Origin: the human T2T-CHM13v2.0 reference genome, Homo sapiens
DNA length: 64,000 nucleotides
Reading direction: 5' to 3' (one strand)
Assembly: GCF_009914755.1 (NCBI RefSeq)
Contig: NC_060930.1
In this document: one piece after another, positions 26,240 to 40,132 of the stretch
How the letters are laid out: each line of letters begins with the position of its first letter
Numbering within the stretch: the stretch's first letter is position 1
The notes under the pieces: model-generated
Database searches by the model: none
What the model was told of the DNA's origin: nothing
Seen by the model: the letters and a program-made list of their open reading frames with translations, nothing else
Program-made: the position numbers and the translations under genes

Positions 26240-27320
26240 TGCTAAGACCTTGAAATGCTGGAGCAAACACAGAAGTGACCTGTAACCAACTGAAAATATA
26301 TAAGGGTAGCATGGACCTGTGGGAATAGTGTCAGACAGGCTGGAGAAGAGAGGAGGAAGCAGCTTGGGGAAAGTGTGCAATGGAACTGAAAGGCTTTCAA
26401 AGCTGTGCCAAGAATAAACGAGATGCAGAAGTGCTTAGACAGGATGGTATAATATTAATGGAAGACACAGAGAAACCTAGCTAGATAAGCACTTTTTACT
26501 TGCCATCTTCATCAGAGAATGGCCTTCAAAACTACAAAGTATAGAATAGTCATTACTGAGAGTGCTTTAGAGCCTGAACTTAGGACCACAAGCAAAACCA
26601 CTCAGAGCTCCTCCAGATGCATAAATCTACATCCCAAGTGGGATTTTTACCCTTGATCTCAGGGTCATTTACGTCATAATCTTGTGAGAAATTACCAGAA
26701 AAATGGAGATGGAGGAATGTCCTAATTAAGAGGAAACATTAGTTTTTAGAAGCAGAAGATATAAAGTAAGTTTGATGTCAGTTCCTAGCCAAACTGTAAG
26801 ATAAATAACCGACTAGAGATCTTATATGTGCTTAGGAAAGAATGTCGTGGTCACCAGGAATCAACATGGATACCAATAATAGGCCTTGCCCAGACTCATT
26901 TCCTTTAAGTACTACTTTCTTTTCTTTTTTTTTTTTTTTGGAGGAGGAAGCCTAGATTATTAGATACACAGAGTGATAACATCTCACATTTGAAGATGCT
27001 CTCTCATTTAGTTCAAATAATGCTCACAAATGAACATTCTTGGCAAGTCTTGATTTCACCAAAGTATTTGAGATAATCTCTGATAACCTTATATAAACTA
27101 GTTAGATCTTTGTGATCAATTCAAACATTATAAGGATCAGAATAGTTGGTTCTGGGTGGCATATTTTAAGGACATTAAAAATTGATGTAGTTTCCAGAGC
27201 GTGTTGATCAGAGTAGTGAGCAATACCTAAATATCATGTCCTACAGACATCATGGAAGGAATTGGGAACATGTAATCAGTAGAAGACCAGAGAAAAACAT
27301 GGCAGTTGCCCACCTATGGA
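26240..27320 (+). mobile_element. L3/CR1 LINE fossil (RT region)
   Basis: Decayed RT motifs in correct order: agtttgatgtcagttcctagccaa (SLxSVP), aatcaacatgga (NQHG), cttgatttcaccaaagtatttgag (LDFTKVFE ~ LDFSKAFD). Confidence 0.65.
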
Positions 27321-27335
27321 AAGAAATGACAATGA

Positions 27336-27677
<342 letters not shown>

Positions 27678-28331
27678 CTTATTTGCATTCTTTAAGGCCT
27701 GGTTCCAATGTTACCTTCTCTCTAAAGTCTCTTTCTCTTTGCAAAATGTTTGCTTTCACATTTGTCTTTGAACCCCTATCGCCATACACAGTAGCTGGAT
27801 TTTATATATATAGTAGGTGCTTAATAAATGTTGGATGAAATATTGGAGCTGAACGGGGACTGTCTTGAGTTCTCAGATAAAAAGGCATCCAAAAGCAGAA
27901 ATGAGAACCATCTATTGTATTCCCTCTACCGTGCTATTTGTTTATTCCTGCTCTGAGTTACTAACTTTAGAGAAAAATTGTTCTAAATTATATCAGAGCA
28001 AAATATTTTATAGCTGATAAAACCTAGAAATGCATTTTTTCCCTGTAATTTGCATTTTAAATCATAACTATTGCTTGCATTTAAGCAAAAAGAGCTAGCG
28101 TTTGGAAATTTTTAGAGTGGTTACTAACCTGTCATCTCTTGAGGATTTTAGTCAAGAATGAAGAAAATAATCATTTTCAAATTTGGAAGGTTTAGAAAAA
28201 GAAATAACATAAATGAAAGCGATGCTATCGGAGCTTTAAAAAGTTCCTTTGTTCCAGTGGCGGTAGATCTTGAGATGTAGTAGGCTGAACGTCACGAAGT
28301 AATATCCCCCTCTGTTATCATGTTCGATTAG

Positions 28332-28445
28332 GCCGATTCAACAGTCATTGAGAAGTGGATGGATGGCGTGAAAGACTTCTTAATGAAACAGCAGGCTGCC
28401 CAAGGAGACGACGCAGGTCTACAGAGGCAGTTAGACCAGTGCTCT
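28332..28445 (+). CDS. UTRN: UTRN coding exon, 114 nt
   Basis: gattag|GCC...TCT|gtgagt; [16 protein letters not shown]...LDQCS. Confidence 0.96.
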
Positions 28446-28697
28446 GTGAGTTCTGCTGATCTGGGGAACTTGTCATAAATAACATTTTGTTCTTTTTCTA
28501 TGTTATTTGCTGCTATTATTAAAATTGTGAGAATATAGCATAGCATTACATCTAGATAAAATATCTTTCATCATAAAGCTTTTATGACTTTATAGCTAAT
28601 AAAAGAATGACAGATTCTTCAAGTTTTTATTTCTGGACGTGGTTATAGAATTTTGAGAGGTTATAGAATAGAGAACAAGAACAATTTTGGTTCATTA

Positions 28698-28858
28698 GGA
28701 GTCATTGTATATTGCATTTCTTGTGCCACATGGTGAGGATTTAAGAAAAACATATTTAACAAATGAATTTGAGAAGTGTCTGTTCATCAAATTCATTTAA
28801 GTATGTTTTTCTTAAATCCTCACCATGTGGCACAAGAAAAGCAATATACAATGACTCC
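28698..28858. repeat. Long inverted repeat, arms 75/72 bp, 14-nt loop
   Basis: 28698-28772 vs reverse complement of 28787-28858: two mismatches and one 3-nt indel. Confidence 0.97.
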
Positions 28859-28911
28859 ATGTTGTGCACGTGTACCCTAGAACTTAAAGTGTTAAAAAAA
28901 CAAAAAACAAG
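28772..28911 (+). mobile_element. Ultra-truncated, rearranged primate L1 insertion
   Basis: L1 3' terminus catgttgtgcacgtgtaccctagaacttaaagt plus A-tail; TSD aaatgaatttg at 28761-28771 and 28912-28922; antisense L1 20-mer at 28768-28787. Confidence 0.85.
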
Positions 28912-29215
28912 AAATGAATTTGCTAGTAATAGTGCATGCAGTTTATATTTGGTGAAATCATCAGGCTTCTCTACATTAATTAAAAGGCTATTCCCTTCTG
29001 AGAGTCAAGTATTTCCAGTCTAATTTGGCAGATGGCTATATCAAGCACCCAGGTGAAATGAGTTTCTTAAGGCACAATATTTCTTAAGTAGTTAGAAGTA
29101 CTGACTCTTAAGCAGTCTGCTTGTGTAATATTTGCAGGGAGATAAGCAGACAAACTATAATTATGGCATCCACTTATATAGTAATGAACTCAACATGCAT
29201 CTTTTATGTGTTTAG

Positions 29216-29371
29216 GCATTTGTTAATGAAATAGAAACAATTGAATCATCTCTGAAAAACATGAAGGAAATAGAGACTAATCTTCGAAGTGGTCCAGTTG
29301 CTGGAATAAAAACTTGGGTGCAGACAAGACTAGGTGACTACCAAACTCAACTGGAGAAACTTAGCAAGGAG
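29216..29371 (+). CDS. UTRN: UTRN coding exon, 156 nt
   Basis: gtttag|GCA...GAG|gtgagt; [12 protein letters not shown]...EKLSKE. Confidence 0.96.
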
Positions 29372-30221
29372 GTGAGTTTTTCAACTTTACTACCTACGGT
29401 TTTCAGGAGATGTAGACTGTAGCTTCTCTCAGCTGACTAAATGTATTATGACCCATCCAGTTTGAAAAACGATGGTCTAGAATAACTCCAGCATGGGTAG
29501 TGAGCTGGGGCCAAAAAAAAAGGCATCATTTTTTAAATTAAGAGAGGGTGCTGATTGTCCAGTTTGGCTCAGGGCTTATCCATTCTTGTCTTAAATCTGG
29601 CTTGAAACACATTTATGACACTTGCTTTACCCCTAAGACATTTGAGTGGGACCATTTATTTACTTAGCAAATATTTCTTAATCAGTTGCCACCTGTCAAG
29701 CATCATTCTAGGCACTGCAGGTACAGCATTGAACAAGGAAGAAGAAACTCCTCTTAAGGAGCTTACATTCTAGTGAGGCAGATGGATAATGAATAATATC
29801 ATGGAGGAGTAGCAAGGAGTTAGGGCTAGGTGGGTTATTTCAAATAGGATGGTCAGGGAAGGACTTTCTGAGATGGGGATGTTTGAATAAAGAACTGAGT
29901 AAAGTAAGAGATGAGCCTTGTAAGGTTCAGATAAGAACATTCAGGCGTGGAGAATAGCAGGCTTTAAAACTCTGTGGTGGGAATGAACTTGGTCTGTTTA
30001 ATAAAGAATGAAGGCAGTGTAGCTGGAATAAAACAGAGAGGAGTTAGTGAGTTGGAGAATGGGAATATTTGAGGTTAGAGGTAGGCAGAGGATGGATTAG
30101 CTATGGCCTTGGAGGAAAGGACTTGGGATTTATTTCAAGTATGATATTACACAGAAAGCAATTGGAAGGTTTTGAACAGGGAAGTGACATGTGATATAGA
30201 TCTTTTAAGGTCACTCTGGCT

Positions 30222-30865
<644 letters not shown>

Positions 30866-32142
30866 TCTCTCTGGTTTTCATGTGAATAGTTTGCTCTGGG
30901 AAGGCAGGAATGAAAACAGAAAGAATTCTTATAAGGTTACTGCAGGCTTGGAGAGAGAGGATGGACCCATACACTAGGGAGGCTTAACGAAGTAGTGATG
31001 GAGGGCATGAGAAATATTAGGTTTGAAAATAAAGAAGAGACCTAAGGAAAGAATTGGATGTGTGATAGAAGAAAAAGTGAATGGTCAAGGATGACTCAGG
31101 ATTTTTACAAAGCTTCCACTTTGTGTGAATTGTGGTGTCATTTACTGCAATAACGAAGGAGAAGCTTCTGTGGGTGTAGGTGAAATGATGACTACCATTC
31201 TGGAAGGGTTAAATTTGATGCTAGAAGCTAAGGAGGAAAAATCAGTAACGGGGAATGTGGGGTCCCAAATGCTAGGTGGAGAAAACTTTTCACAGGGCCT
31301 AATGCTGAGGATTGCAGGGGCCAATCAAAACAGAAAATCGAGCTTTAAATTTGATAAGAAGGAGGCATTTAATAACCTTGAGAAAGCAGGGTCAATGAAC
31401 TGGTGGGAAAAAAGTCATAGTGGATAGTTCGAGGAGGGTATGGGAACTGAGGAGCTGGGACACCAAGCATAACCAACTTTGAGAAATTTCTGTCTTCAGG
31501 GGAGCAGAGAAATGGGTGGGTGCTGGTGATGGGAATCCAAAGAGGTGGTTTTGTTATTTTTAATAATGAGAGATATTAAATGAGAGATATTAATAAGAGG
31601 ACCTCACTTTAGAAAAAAAATGATGGTGCAGAAAGAGATTGAGATAGGAGAATTTATCAAGTGAAGTCTGTGATTATGCGAGGATGAGATCCACCGTCTA
31701 AGTGAAGATGTTGCTAGAGATATGGTTTCTCCGTGGTAATGGAAGGGAGGAAATGATATGGGAACAGTAGAACTGGGAGGTATTCTTTCCCAATTGCTTT
31801 GATTTTTATTAGTGGAATAATAGTGAGGCTATATATAGCTGAAGTGAGTGACAAAGCAGTGAAAAATAGAAGTCAATATGAAATATAGGCTTACCCCACA
31901 GTCACGTAAATAGTACGTATTTCTTAATAAAATGCTTTTGGCTAATGTTTGTATCAGAAAAATTTATATTTGCATAACTGAATATTTTGCTTTGTGTTTA
32001 TTGTTTTACCCAACTTATTTTGAACATGTTCAAATGTAAAGAAAAGTTAAAGAATGATAAAAAGGAACAGCTGTATATCCATCCATTCAGAGACTTGCTA
32101 ATGTTTTACCACATTTGCTTTCTCTCTCTCTGCCTTTCTCTT

Positions 32143-32145
<3 letters not shown>

Positions 32146-32180
<35 letters not shown>

Positions 32181-32181
32181 C
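32146..32181. repeat. (CA)n microsatellite within an old L1M fragment
   Basis: Seen directly. Confidence 0.88.
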
Positions 32182-32481
32182 CCTTTTTTTTTGGTACTTT
32201 TGAACAGTAAGTTGAAAACATCATGACACTTCACCCCTAAATACTCTAGCATGATTTTCCAAGCATGAAGGCATTCTTCTGCAAAACCACAATACTATGA
32301 TCACACTTAAGAAACTAATAATGTTATACTCTCATCTCTTATCCTAGCTAAATTCAAATTTTTCTCAATGTGCTATAATCTGATGGCATGTGCCTTAAGG
32401 AACTGGGGTTTTTGAGGAAATAGAAAATGGTTTGGAAGTGGCAATGAGGATCAAGGAAGGTGATAATTAGAAGTTTGTATC

Positions 32482-32482
<1 letters not shown>

Positions 32483-32523
<41 letters not shown>

Positions 32524-32532
32524 CATCCATCC
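32483..32532. repeat. (CTAT)10(CCAT)2 tetranucleotide STR
   Basis: Seen directly. Confidence 0.93.
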
Positions 32533-33723
32533 ACATACATATGGTGACAAATAATTCATTGTGAATTACTGATTCAAAATACAGGAATAAATATATGGGA
32601 AATTTAAAGTGTCCTCAGGAAGGAGGTAACCACATGTGTGAATAATTATCTAGAGCATTTCCAGACTATTGCATTGCATTGACTAGTACAAATGTTGAAG
32701 TAGTTTTGGACAAACATAATTTTGCCAAATTTTCATTTTGCTAAAAAGAACAGGCATATAAAACAAATCAACAAACAAAGATAGTCTATTTCATCTATTA
32801 TATTCATGATATCCTGAAAAAAAGGAACATTTTAATGCCAAAAAATAGAAAGTATATATTCTCAGGATAATTAAAGATAATTTTGAGGGTGTTTTGTTGT
32901 TGTTAAGCTTATGGTAGTGTCTTTATTTTCTTCATTTCTTTTTGGATCTGTGAAAATTATATTGCTGACTAGTGTTCAAGAAGTACACATACAGAGAATT
33001 TTCTGGAAATGGGGCCCAAGAATCTCTGTCTCTCTCTTTCTCTTTCTGTGTGTGTGCATGTATTTTTATGAAAAGCTGACCAGGTTAACCTGATGATCAG
33101 CCAGGCTTGGGAATGGGATTGTGAGTGTTGCTGGCATCAGCTCCTTGGTTACCCTGTGGGGACAGTGGAAGAAAAGCTCTTGTTTGGTCCTGTCTATTTT
33201 TATGCCGGAGATCCTGTTTGGAGGGAGGGACTGGGAAAGCCTCTGTCTCTTGCTTAACTCTAACTTCTGTGAGAACCATCCAGCTCCTGTGCTGGCCTTT
33301 GGTTACTATCCACCTAGCAGCCAAGCAGGCCCTGGCAGGGTGGCCACTACTGTGGCGTTTAATTTGAGCATGAGGCTGAACCTGCCAAGTAGAGGTTGGA
33401 CTGTGACTGCAGAACGGCGCCTTCTCTCACAGTAGAAGTCAGTTTGTCGTTATGGGGAGGAGTGCTCTGAAAATATTTCTAGACTTCTCCAAAATTTTTA
33501 ACTAAGTTACTGAATCAGAATCAGACAACTATCTATTTTTTACTGTAACTTTTTTGTGTCTGTGTGGCATATACAAACATAGTAGACATCAAAACCAAAA
33601 TTTTATAGAGCGGTGTCTTATGACATCTTTAATAGCAGCCTCTCCCTCCCTGCTTTTTAAAAGTGAAATCTTAATGGGAAGTGCAGTTAAAAAGAAGAAA
33701 ATGGACATTTTGATTGCTTCTAG

Positions 33724-34030
<307 letters not shown>

Positions 34031-34424
34031 TGGCTTCTAGATTTTTTGTTTTTGCTTTCTTTTTTCTTTTTTCCATTATAAGTAGTGCTACATTAAATTT
34101 ACTTCATATATGTGCTTTTACTGTTATAGATTAGATTCCTACATCTGGGATTACAGTCAACAGTTATGCATTGTCAAAATTATAATAGCTATTTCGAGAT
34201 AAGAGTATTATCCAAATGTGGTGTGGAATCCCAGTCTTAAGATTATTTTCATTACTGCTTATATTCCACAGCGTTAGCATGAGATGTATGAGATTTTATC
34301 TGAATTTTAAAGCATGCAATTCGTTGTGGAAAGTTATTACTGTGCCTTTAAATATTAAGAGCTAAAACTTGACATTGAACACATTAACATTTGTTTATTT
34401 GGGGGAATGGCTTTTCCTTTGTAG

Positions 34425-34595
34425 ATCGCTACTCAAAAAAGTAGGTTGTCTGAAAGTCAAGAAAAAGCTGCGAACCTGAAGAAAGACTTGGCAGAGATGC
34501 AGGAATGGATGACCCAGGCCGAGGAAGAATATTTGGAGCGGGATTTTGAGTACAAGTCACCAGAAGAGCTTGAGAGTGCTGTGGAAGAGATGAAG
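34425..34595 (+). CDS. UTRN: UTRN coding exon, 171 nt
   Basis: ttgtag|ATC...AAG|gtgagg; [11 protein letters not shown]...AVEEMK. Confidence 0.96.
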
Positions 34596-35892
34596 GTGAG
34601 GCGGGGACGACCAGTGCCAACAGGCTTCATGCCTCCCTCCTCCCTTTAAAACCAGCACATCAATCATCTGTCTATCTGTCAAACACTATGTGCATGTAGC
34701 ATCTTTCACAGTAGGTTTTTGAATTAAAAAAACATAACAGGGTAGCTGCTCTAATTTTAGCAGGGGAAGAAAGCCAGGAGTCCACATATTTGGCTTGGCC
34801 CATGAGTTGAGTCCATGAGGGCCCATGAGACAAGCTCTTAAGTTAGACCTTTGGGAGGCTACAGAGAATGACTTAAAAACCTCTGGTAGTGGGCATGAGG
34901 AAGAATGATCATTTTTTTTTAATTGGGGTAAATACATATAACATTGGTCAGCTTAATTTTTAAGTGCACAATCCAGTGGCATTAATTGCATTCATCACTA
35001 TTTCCAAACATTTTCACAAAGAGTTATTTTTTGTAAGGGGAACAAAAGAGACCTCCCAAGTTGTCTGAGGTTTATTCTTATTTTCCTGTTACTAATCTTC
35101 CAGTTAATACATACGGCACATATGAACACTGACGTTTCATTAGAGCAGGTAGGAATAGCGGTAGGAATGCATCGGGGAGTTCATATTAGTTGGATCCACT
35201 GGATACATTTCCTGTAAACTTGTACTCCTCTGTCGATAGTCTTGAACACTCTCTTTTTATATATAATAAAAGAACTGGGCATCATTCCCAAATTTCTAAC
35301 ACAGCTTCAACTGTCCTTGAATGTTCAAGCCAAAGGAGATGGTGTTTTCAAAGCTTTTTTTTCCTGTAAGCTTAAGCAACACAGTGACTAATGTTTTACC
35401 TCAAAGTTAACTTACCTAGAAGTGTAACTAAAGCAAAAATCTGTGATTTTTTTCAAAAAAGGGATTATATGACATTCATACATTATTATACATGAATCAA
35501 AGTAAATATGACAGGAGACTTGTTGGAAGTTGTTTTTTCACTAAAACATCTTTTTTAGTGTAGCTCTTTTTGAAAGATTTAAAAATACTCAGTACATAAG
35601 GTATTTTAAAATAGGCTACCATGTTAAGAATTGTCTCATTTATTGTCTTTCTTTACACTATTGGCATTGTAGTTCTGTGGATTTTAAAAGTTGCTATAGA
35701 TGAGATTTGAGAAAAATGATATTTAAATATTTGATTGGGCAACATTTTATTTATTTTTATTCTTTCAAACAGCCATTAGGACTTACAAAACCACTACACT
35801 TAATTACTTTCCCCCAATCTAAGGAAGTTCAAAACCATTAAGTAGTAGAGAAAAGTAAAGGGGAAAGTGAAAGACTGTTTTATTTGTATTTA

Positions 35893-35944
35893 TTGCCATT
35901 AAAAGTAATGGCATAAACTGCAATTACTTTTGCACCAACCTGAT
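35893..35944. mobile_element. MADE1 (Hsmar1-derived MITE) partial
   Basis: ttgccattaaaagtaatggcataaactgcaattacttttgcaccaacct; one TIR only. Confidence 0.85.
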
Positions 35945-36387
35945 AGGTTGATTTTCCTGAATGTCAGATTGTTTATCTTAGCACTGAGAAACAGCTATTT
36001 CTGGATCAGATCATCTCAGTCTAACTTTATCATTGAAATGCTATTAATTAGCAGAAGGATACATGTGCCTATGTTCTATAATTTTTTAAAAAGCTTAAAT
36101 TATTTAGAGAACTTTTAAAGATACTTCTACCATAGTGTACCTCAATTTTTGTGAAAATATATTTATCACAGTGTAATCTGCTCAGCCCTCCAGTGATAAT
36201 GAAAATTCACTCACTTAAATTCTGATCTTGGACCCAGACTTTGAAAATACTTCATGTCAGTAAACATACTTTGGATAACTTATGTTAACACTGCTGTTAT
36301 GAAATGAAAACATTTGTGGGAGCTGAGTACATTGGATGCATGAGTGAAATTTCAGAGTTAGCATTCTTATTTCAAAAACGCTCAACT

Positions 36388-36653
36388 GGGCTGGGTGCAG
36401 TGGCTCACGCCTCTAATCCCAGCACTTTGGGAGGCCAAGGTGGGTGGATCACCTCAGGTCAGGAGTTTGAGACCAGCCCCGCCAACATGGCGAAGCCTCA
36501 TCTCGACTAAAAAATATGAAAATTAGGTAGGCATAGTGGTGGGTGCCTGTAATCACAGCTTCTCGGGAGGCTGAGGCAGGAGAATTTCTTGAACTGGGAG
36601 GCAGAGGTTGTAGTGAACAAGACTCTATCTCAAAAACAAAAACAAAAACAAAA
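36388..36653 (+). mobile_element. AluS with ~40-bp right-arm deletion
   Basis: gtagtga|acaagactct junction; (CAAAAA)n tail. Confidence 0.92.
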
Positions 36654-36821
36654 CCCCACAAAGAACCATTCACTGTTACCTAAATAATGTTCTATTTTGG
36701 CAGTTAGAATCATCCAGATGTTTTAACTTTGGTTTAATTCTTGAAAAAAAAAGAAAGAAAAGAAATTGGTTACTGAGAAAGGGAGACGTTTTTCAAGTTC
36801 ATCCATCCTTTCTTGGAACAG

Positions 36822-37001
36822 AGGGCAAAAGAGGATGTGTTGCAGAAGGAGGTGAGAGTGAAGATTCTCAAGGACAACATCAAGTTATTAGCTGCCAAGG
36901 TGCCCTCTGGTGGCCAGGAGTTGACGTCTGAGCTGAATGTTGTGCTGGAGAATTACCAACTTCTTTGTAATAGAATTCGAGGAAAGTGCCACACGCTAGA
37001 G
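36822..37001 (+). CDS. UTRN: UTRN coding exon, 180 nt
   Basis: gaacag|AGG...GAG|gtatgc; [11 protein letters not shown]...KCHTLE. Confidence 0.96.
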
Positions 37002-37007
37002 GTATGC

Positions 37008-37021
37008 TATTATTATTATTG

Positions 37022-37055
<34 letters not shown>
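37008..37055. repeat. (TAT)n microsatellite next to a splice donor
   Basis: Starts 7 nt after the exon ending at 37001. Confidence 0.93.
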
Positions 37056-37056
<1 letters not shown>

Positions 37057-38055
37057 TTCAGTGATGTATTTCTGAGATCCAAACTCTGTAATGTTTTGGC
37101 CATTTTCAAATCTTGGAGAAAACTTCTCTTTTCTTTCAAATTCTGGATTATAAAGAAAAAATAGTTCTTGGGAAATAGTTTGATAAAAATGAAAGAGGGG
37201 TTAAAAACAGGAGACCAAAATCTGTCCCTAATTATCAGAAGGTTCTTGGGCAAGTCATTTTGTATATTCAAACTTTACTTTTTTTATAGGTGCAATCCAG
37301 GTTTTCATGTAACAGATGATCTGTAGGGCCTATTCCAGTCCAAAAATTGCAGAGCACATTTCAAGCCTCTCTTTTGTTTTGTTTTGCCTGGTTGAGTACA
37401 TAGAGAGGAATTATTTTCTTTTGAGTGGTGTCTAAAGTTCAAGAGTCACCTGAAGGAAAAATAGAACTTAAATATGTGACAGTTTTACTGGGTCTTAGAT
37501 AAAATACCTTTTTTTTTTCTCCCTGGCCATTACACGTAAAATGTAGATGAGTCTATGAAATTTTTTTAAACTAAGAGTGAGGTTTTGCTTGTTTGTTTTT
37601 ATAGTAGTATGACTTTTGTTATTGCTTGTTGGAAGATTTAAGAAGGCTTTCAATTTACAACAATTTAATTTACATTCAATTTGACGTAAAACAAATATTT
37701 GTATTGTGGCAAATCTTGAAATGGTAAAAAATGGCAACTGCAATATTTAACCTAAATTCATTCATTACTTTGATCATTCATTCATTTGTAAATTCATTCG
37801 TTTCTTGTTCTAAACCAATTTTGTGCTAAGATAAATATATATCATTGAGGCAAGTTAGTAAGAAAGCTACTTGATTTGGGATCTGTCTGCTTCTTGGAAG
37901 TGGTCTTCTTTGAGTCATTTTTTCTTTCCCATAAGAAAAGAGGTTGTGCTTGCATCTGAGCAGATTTTTGGTCTGCTTTTTGCTTGTGGAAATTGGGGGA
38001 CTAGAACCTCTTTTCTTTTATTCTAATTCAGTGGCTGGAAAATTATGGCTGAGGA

Positions 38056-38362
38056 TTTTGTTTTGTTTTGTTTGAGACAGGGTCTTGCTCTGTCACCTAT
38101 GCTGGAGTGCAGTGGTATGATCACAGCTCACTGTAACCTCAAACTCCTGGGCTCAAGTGACCTTCCTGCCCCCGCTTCCTGAGTAGCTATGACTCCAGCC
38201 TTGCAATGCCACACCTGGCTAATTATTTTTAAATTTTTTTTGTAGAGATGGGGGTCTTGCTATGTTGCCCAAGTTGGTCTGGAACTCTTGGGCTCAAGCC
38301 ATCCTCCTGCCTTGGCCTACCAAAGTCCTGGGATTAAAGGCATTAGCCACTGCACCCGGACT
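38056..38362 (-). mobile_element. AluJ
   Basis: Reverse Alu dimer. Confidence 0.9.
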
Positions 38363-38474
38363 GGCTGAGGGTTTAAATCTAACTTGTAGTTTGGTTTTGG
38401 ATACCTGGTTAACTGAGAATAGTTTATACATTTCTCAAGGGTTGTACAACACATACCCCCCTCCAAGAAGAATC

Positions 38475-38560
38475 TGTGATAGGAAGCAAATGTGTCCTCC
38501 CAAAACCTAAAATATTTACTGGCTGGCCCTTTGTAGAAAAATGTACTGCTCCTTGATCTG
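38475..38560. mobile_element. MER58-like hAT fragment
   Basis: cctaaaatatttactggctggccctttgtagaaaaa. Confidence 0.65.
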
Positions 38561-39041
38561 GTAAGCATACTTCATATGGAGAGTGGACCGGCAGGTGCCT
38601 TCACTCATTTATGTAAACCAGAAGATGCCTCCACTCATTCAGTACATTCAAGACGACAAGCCCAGGAGGCATCCAGCTGAGTTCTTTCTCCTAAACTTAC
38701 CACTCAAATAAGTTCCTCTTATAATAAGGGATTATAAATTTATAAATGTTTCCACCCACTACACAACCCCTGGGTCCCTGCTCTGGAAACCTCAGAGGGG
38801 AATGAGTGATCAAAACCAACACAGTAAGAACAGTATAACTCCAGTTTTGGTAAAATGTGGCTCTCTTATATTGACATGTCCTCATGAATTTAGAAAAAAG
38901 TTGGGAAGGCTACATTGCAAACTTTTACATCAGTTAGCTCCAAGTTGGAATTGGGTGGGGCCCAGGAGATTTCAATTTTCTATGAAATTATTTTTTAAAA
39001 ATTTACAATTGGGAGCAATTTTTTCATTTTGTTCAAAAACC

Positions 39042-39407
<366 letters not shown>

Positions 39408-39453
39408 TAGTTCTATTTTTGACATTTAAATCAGATCATGGAATTTATTTTAA

Positions 39454-39836
<383 letters not shown>

Positions 39837-39997
39837 GATTTTATTTTATTTTTTTGAAGTTTCAACTCCATCAGTTCTGAATTCCTAGGTATACTCACAT
39901 CCAAATGAAATTATTAGCGATTAAAGAGAATGTGTAGTACTAGAGATACGATGTGTGAAATGGCTTTTTGTCTAATTTAAAATTTTTCATGCTTTAG

Positions 39998-40132
39998 GAG
40001 GTCTGGTCTTGTTGGATTGAACTGCTTCACTATTTGGATCTTGAAACTACCTGGTTAAACACTTTGGAAGAGCGGATGAAGAGCACAGAGGTCCTGCCTG
40101 AGAAGACGGATGCTGTCAACGAAGCCCTGGAG
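39998..40132 (+). CDS. UTRN: UTRN coding exon, 135 nt
   Basis: ctttag|GAG...GAG|gttgga; [14 protein letters not shown]...NEALE. Confidence 0.95.

Noticed and set aside
31566-31594. Short tandem duplications (also ~59140-59190, ~54740-54778, ~21657-21696)
   Set aside because: Ordinary slippage-scale duplications inside old repeats.
33090-33450. Possible muscle enhancer (near-MEF2 CTATTTTTAT, TGTTTG motifs)
   Set aside because: Motifs are imperfect and short; cannot be supported from sequence alone.
35893-35944. MADE1 as a miR-548-type precursor
   Set aside because: The left terminal inverted repeat is missing, so only a short central stem can form.
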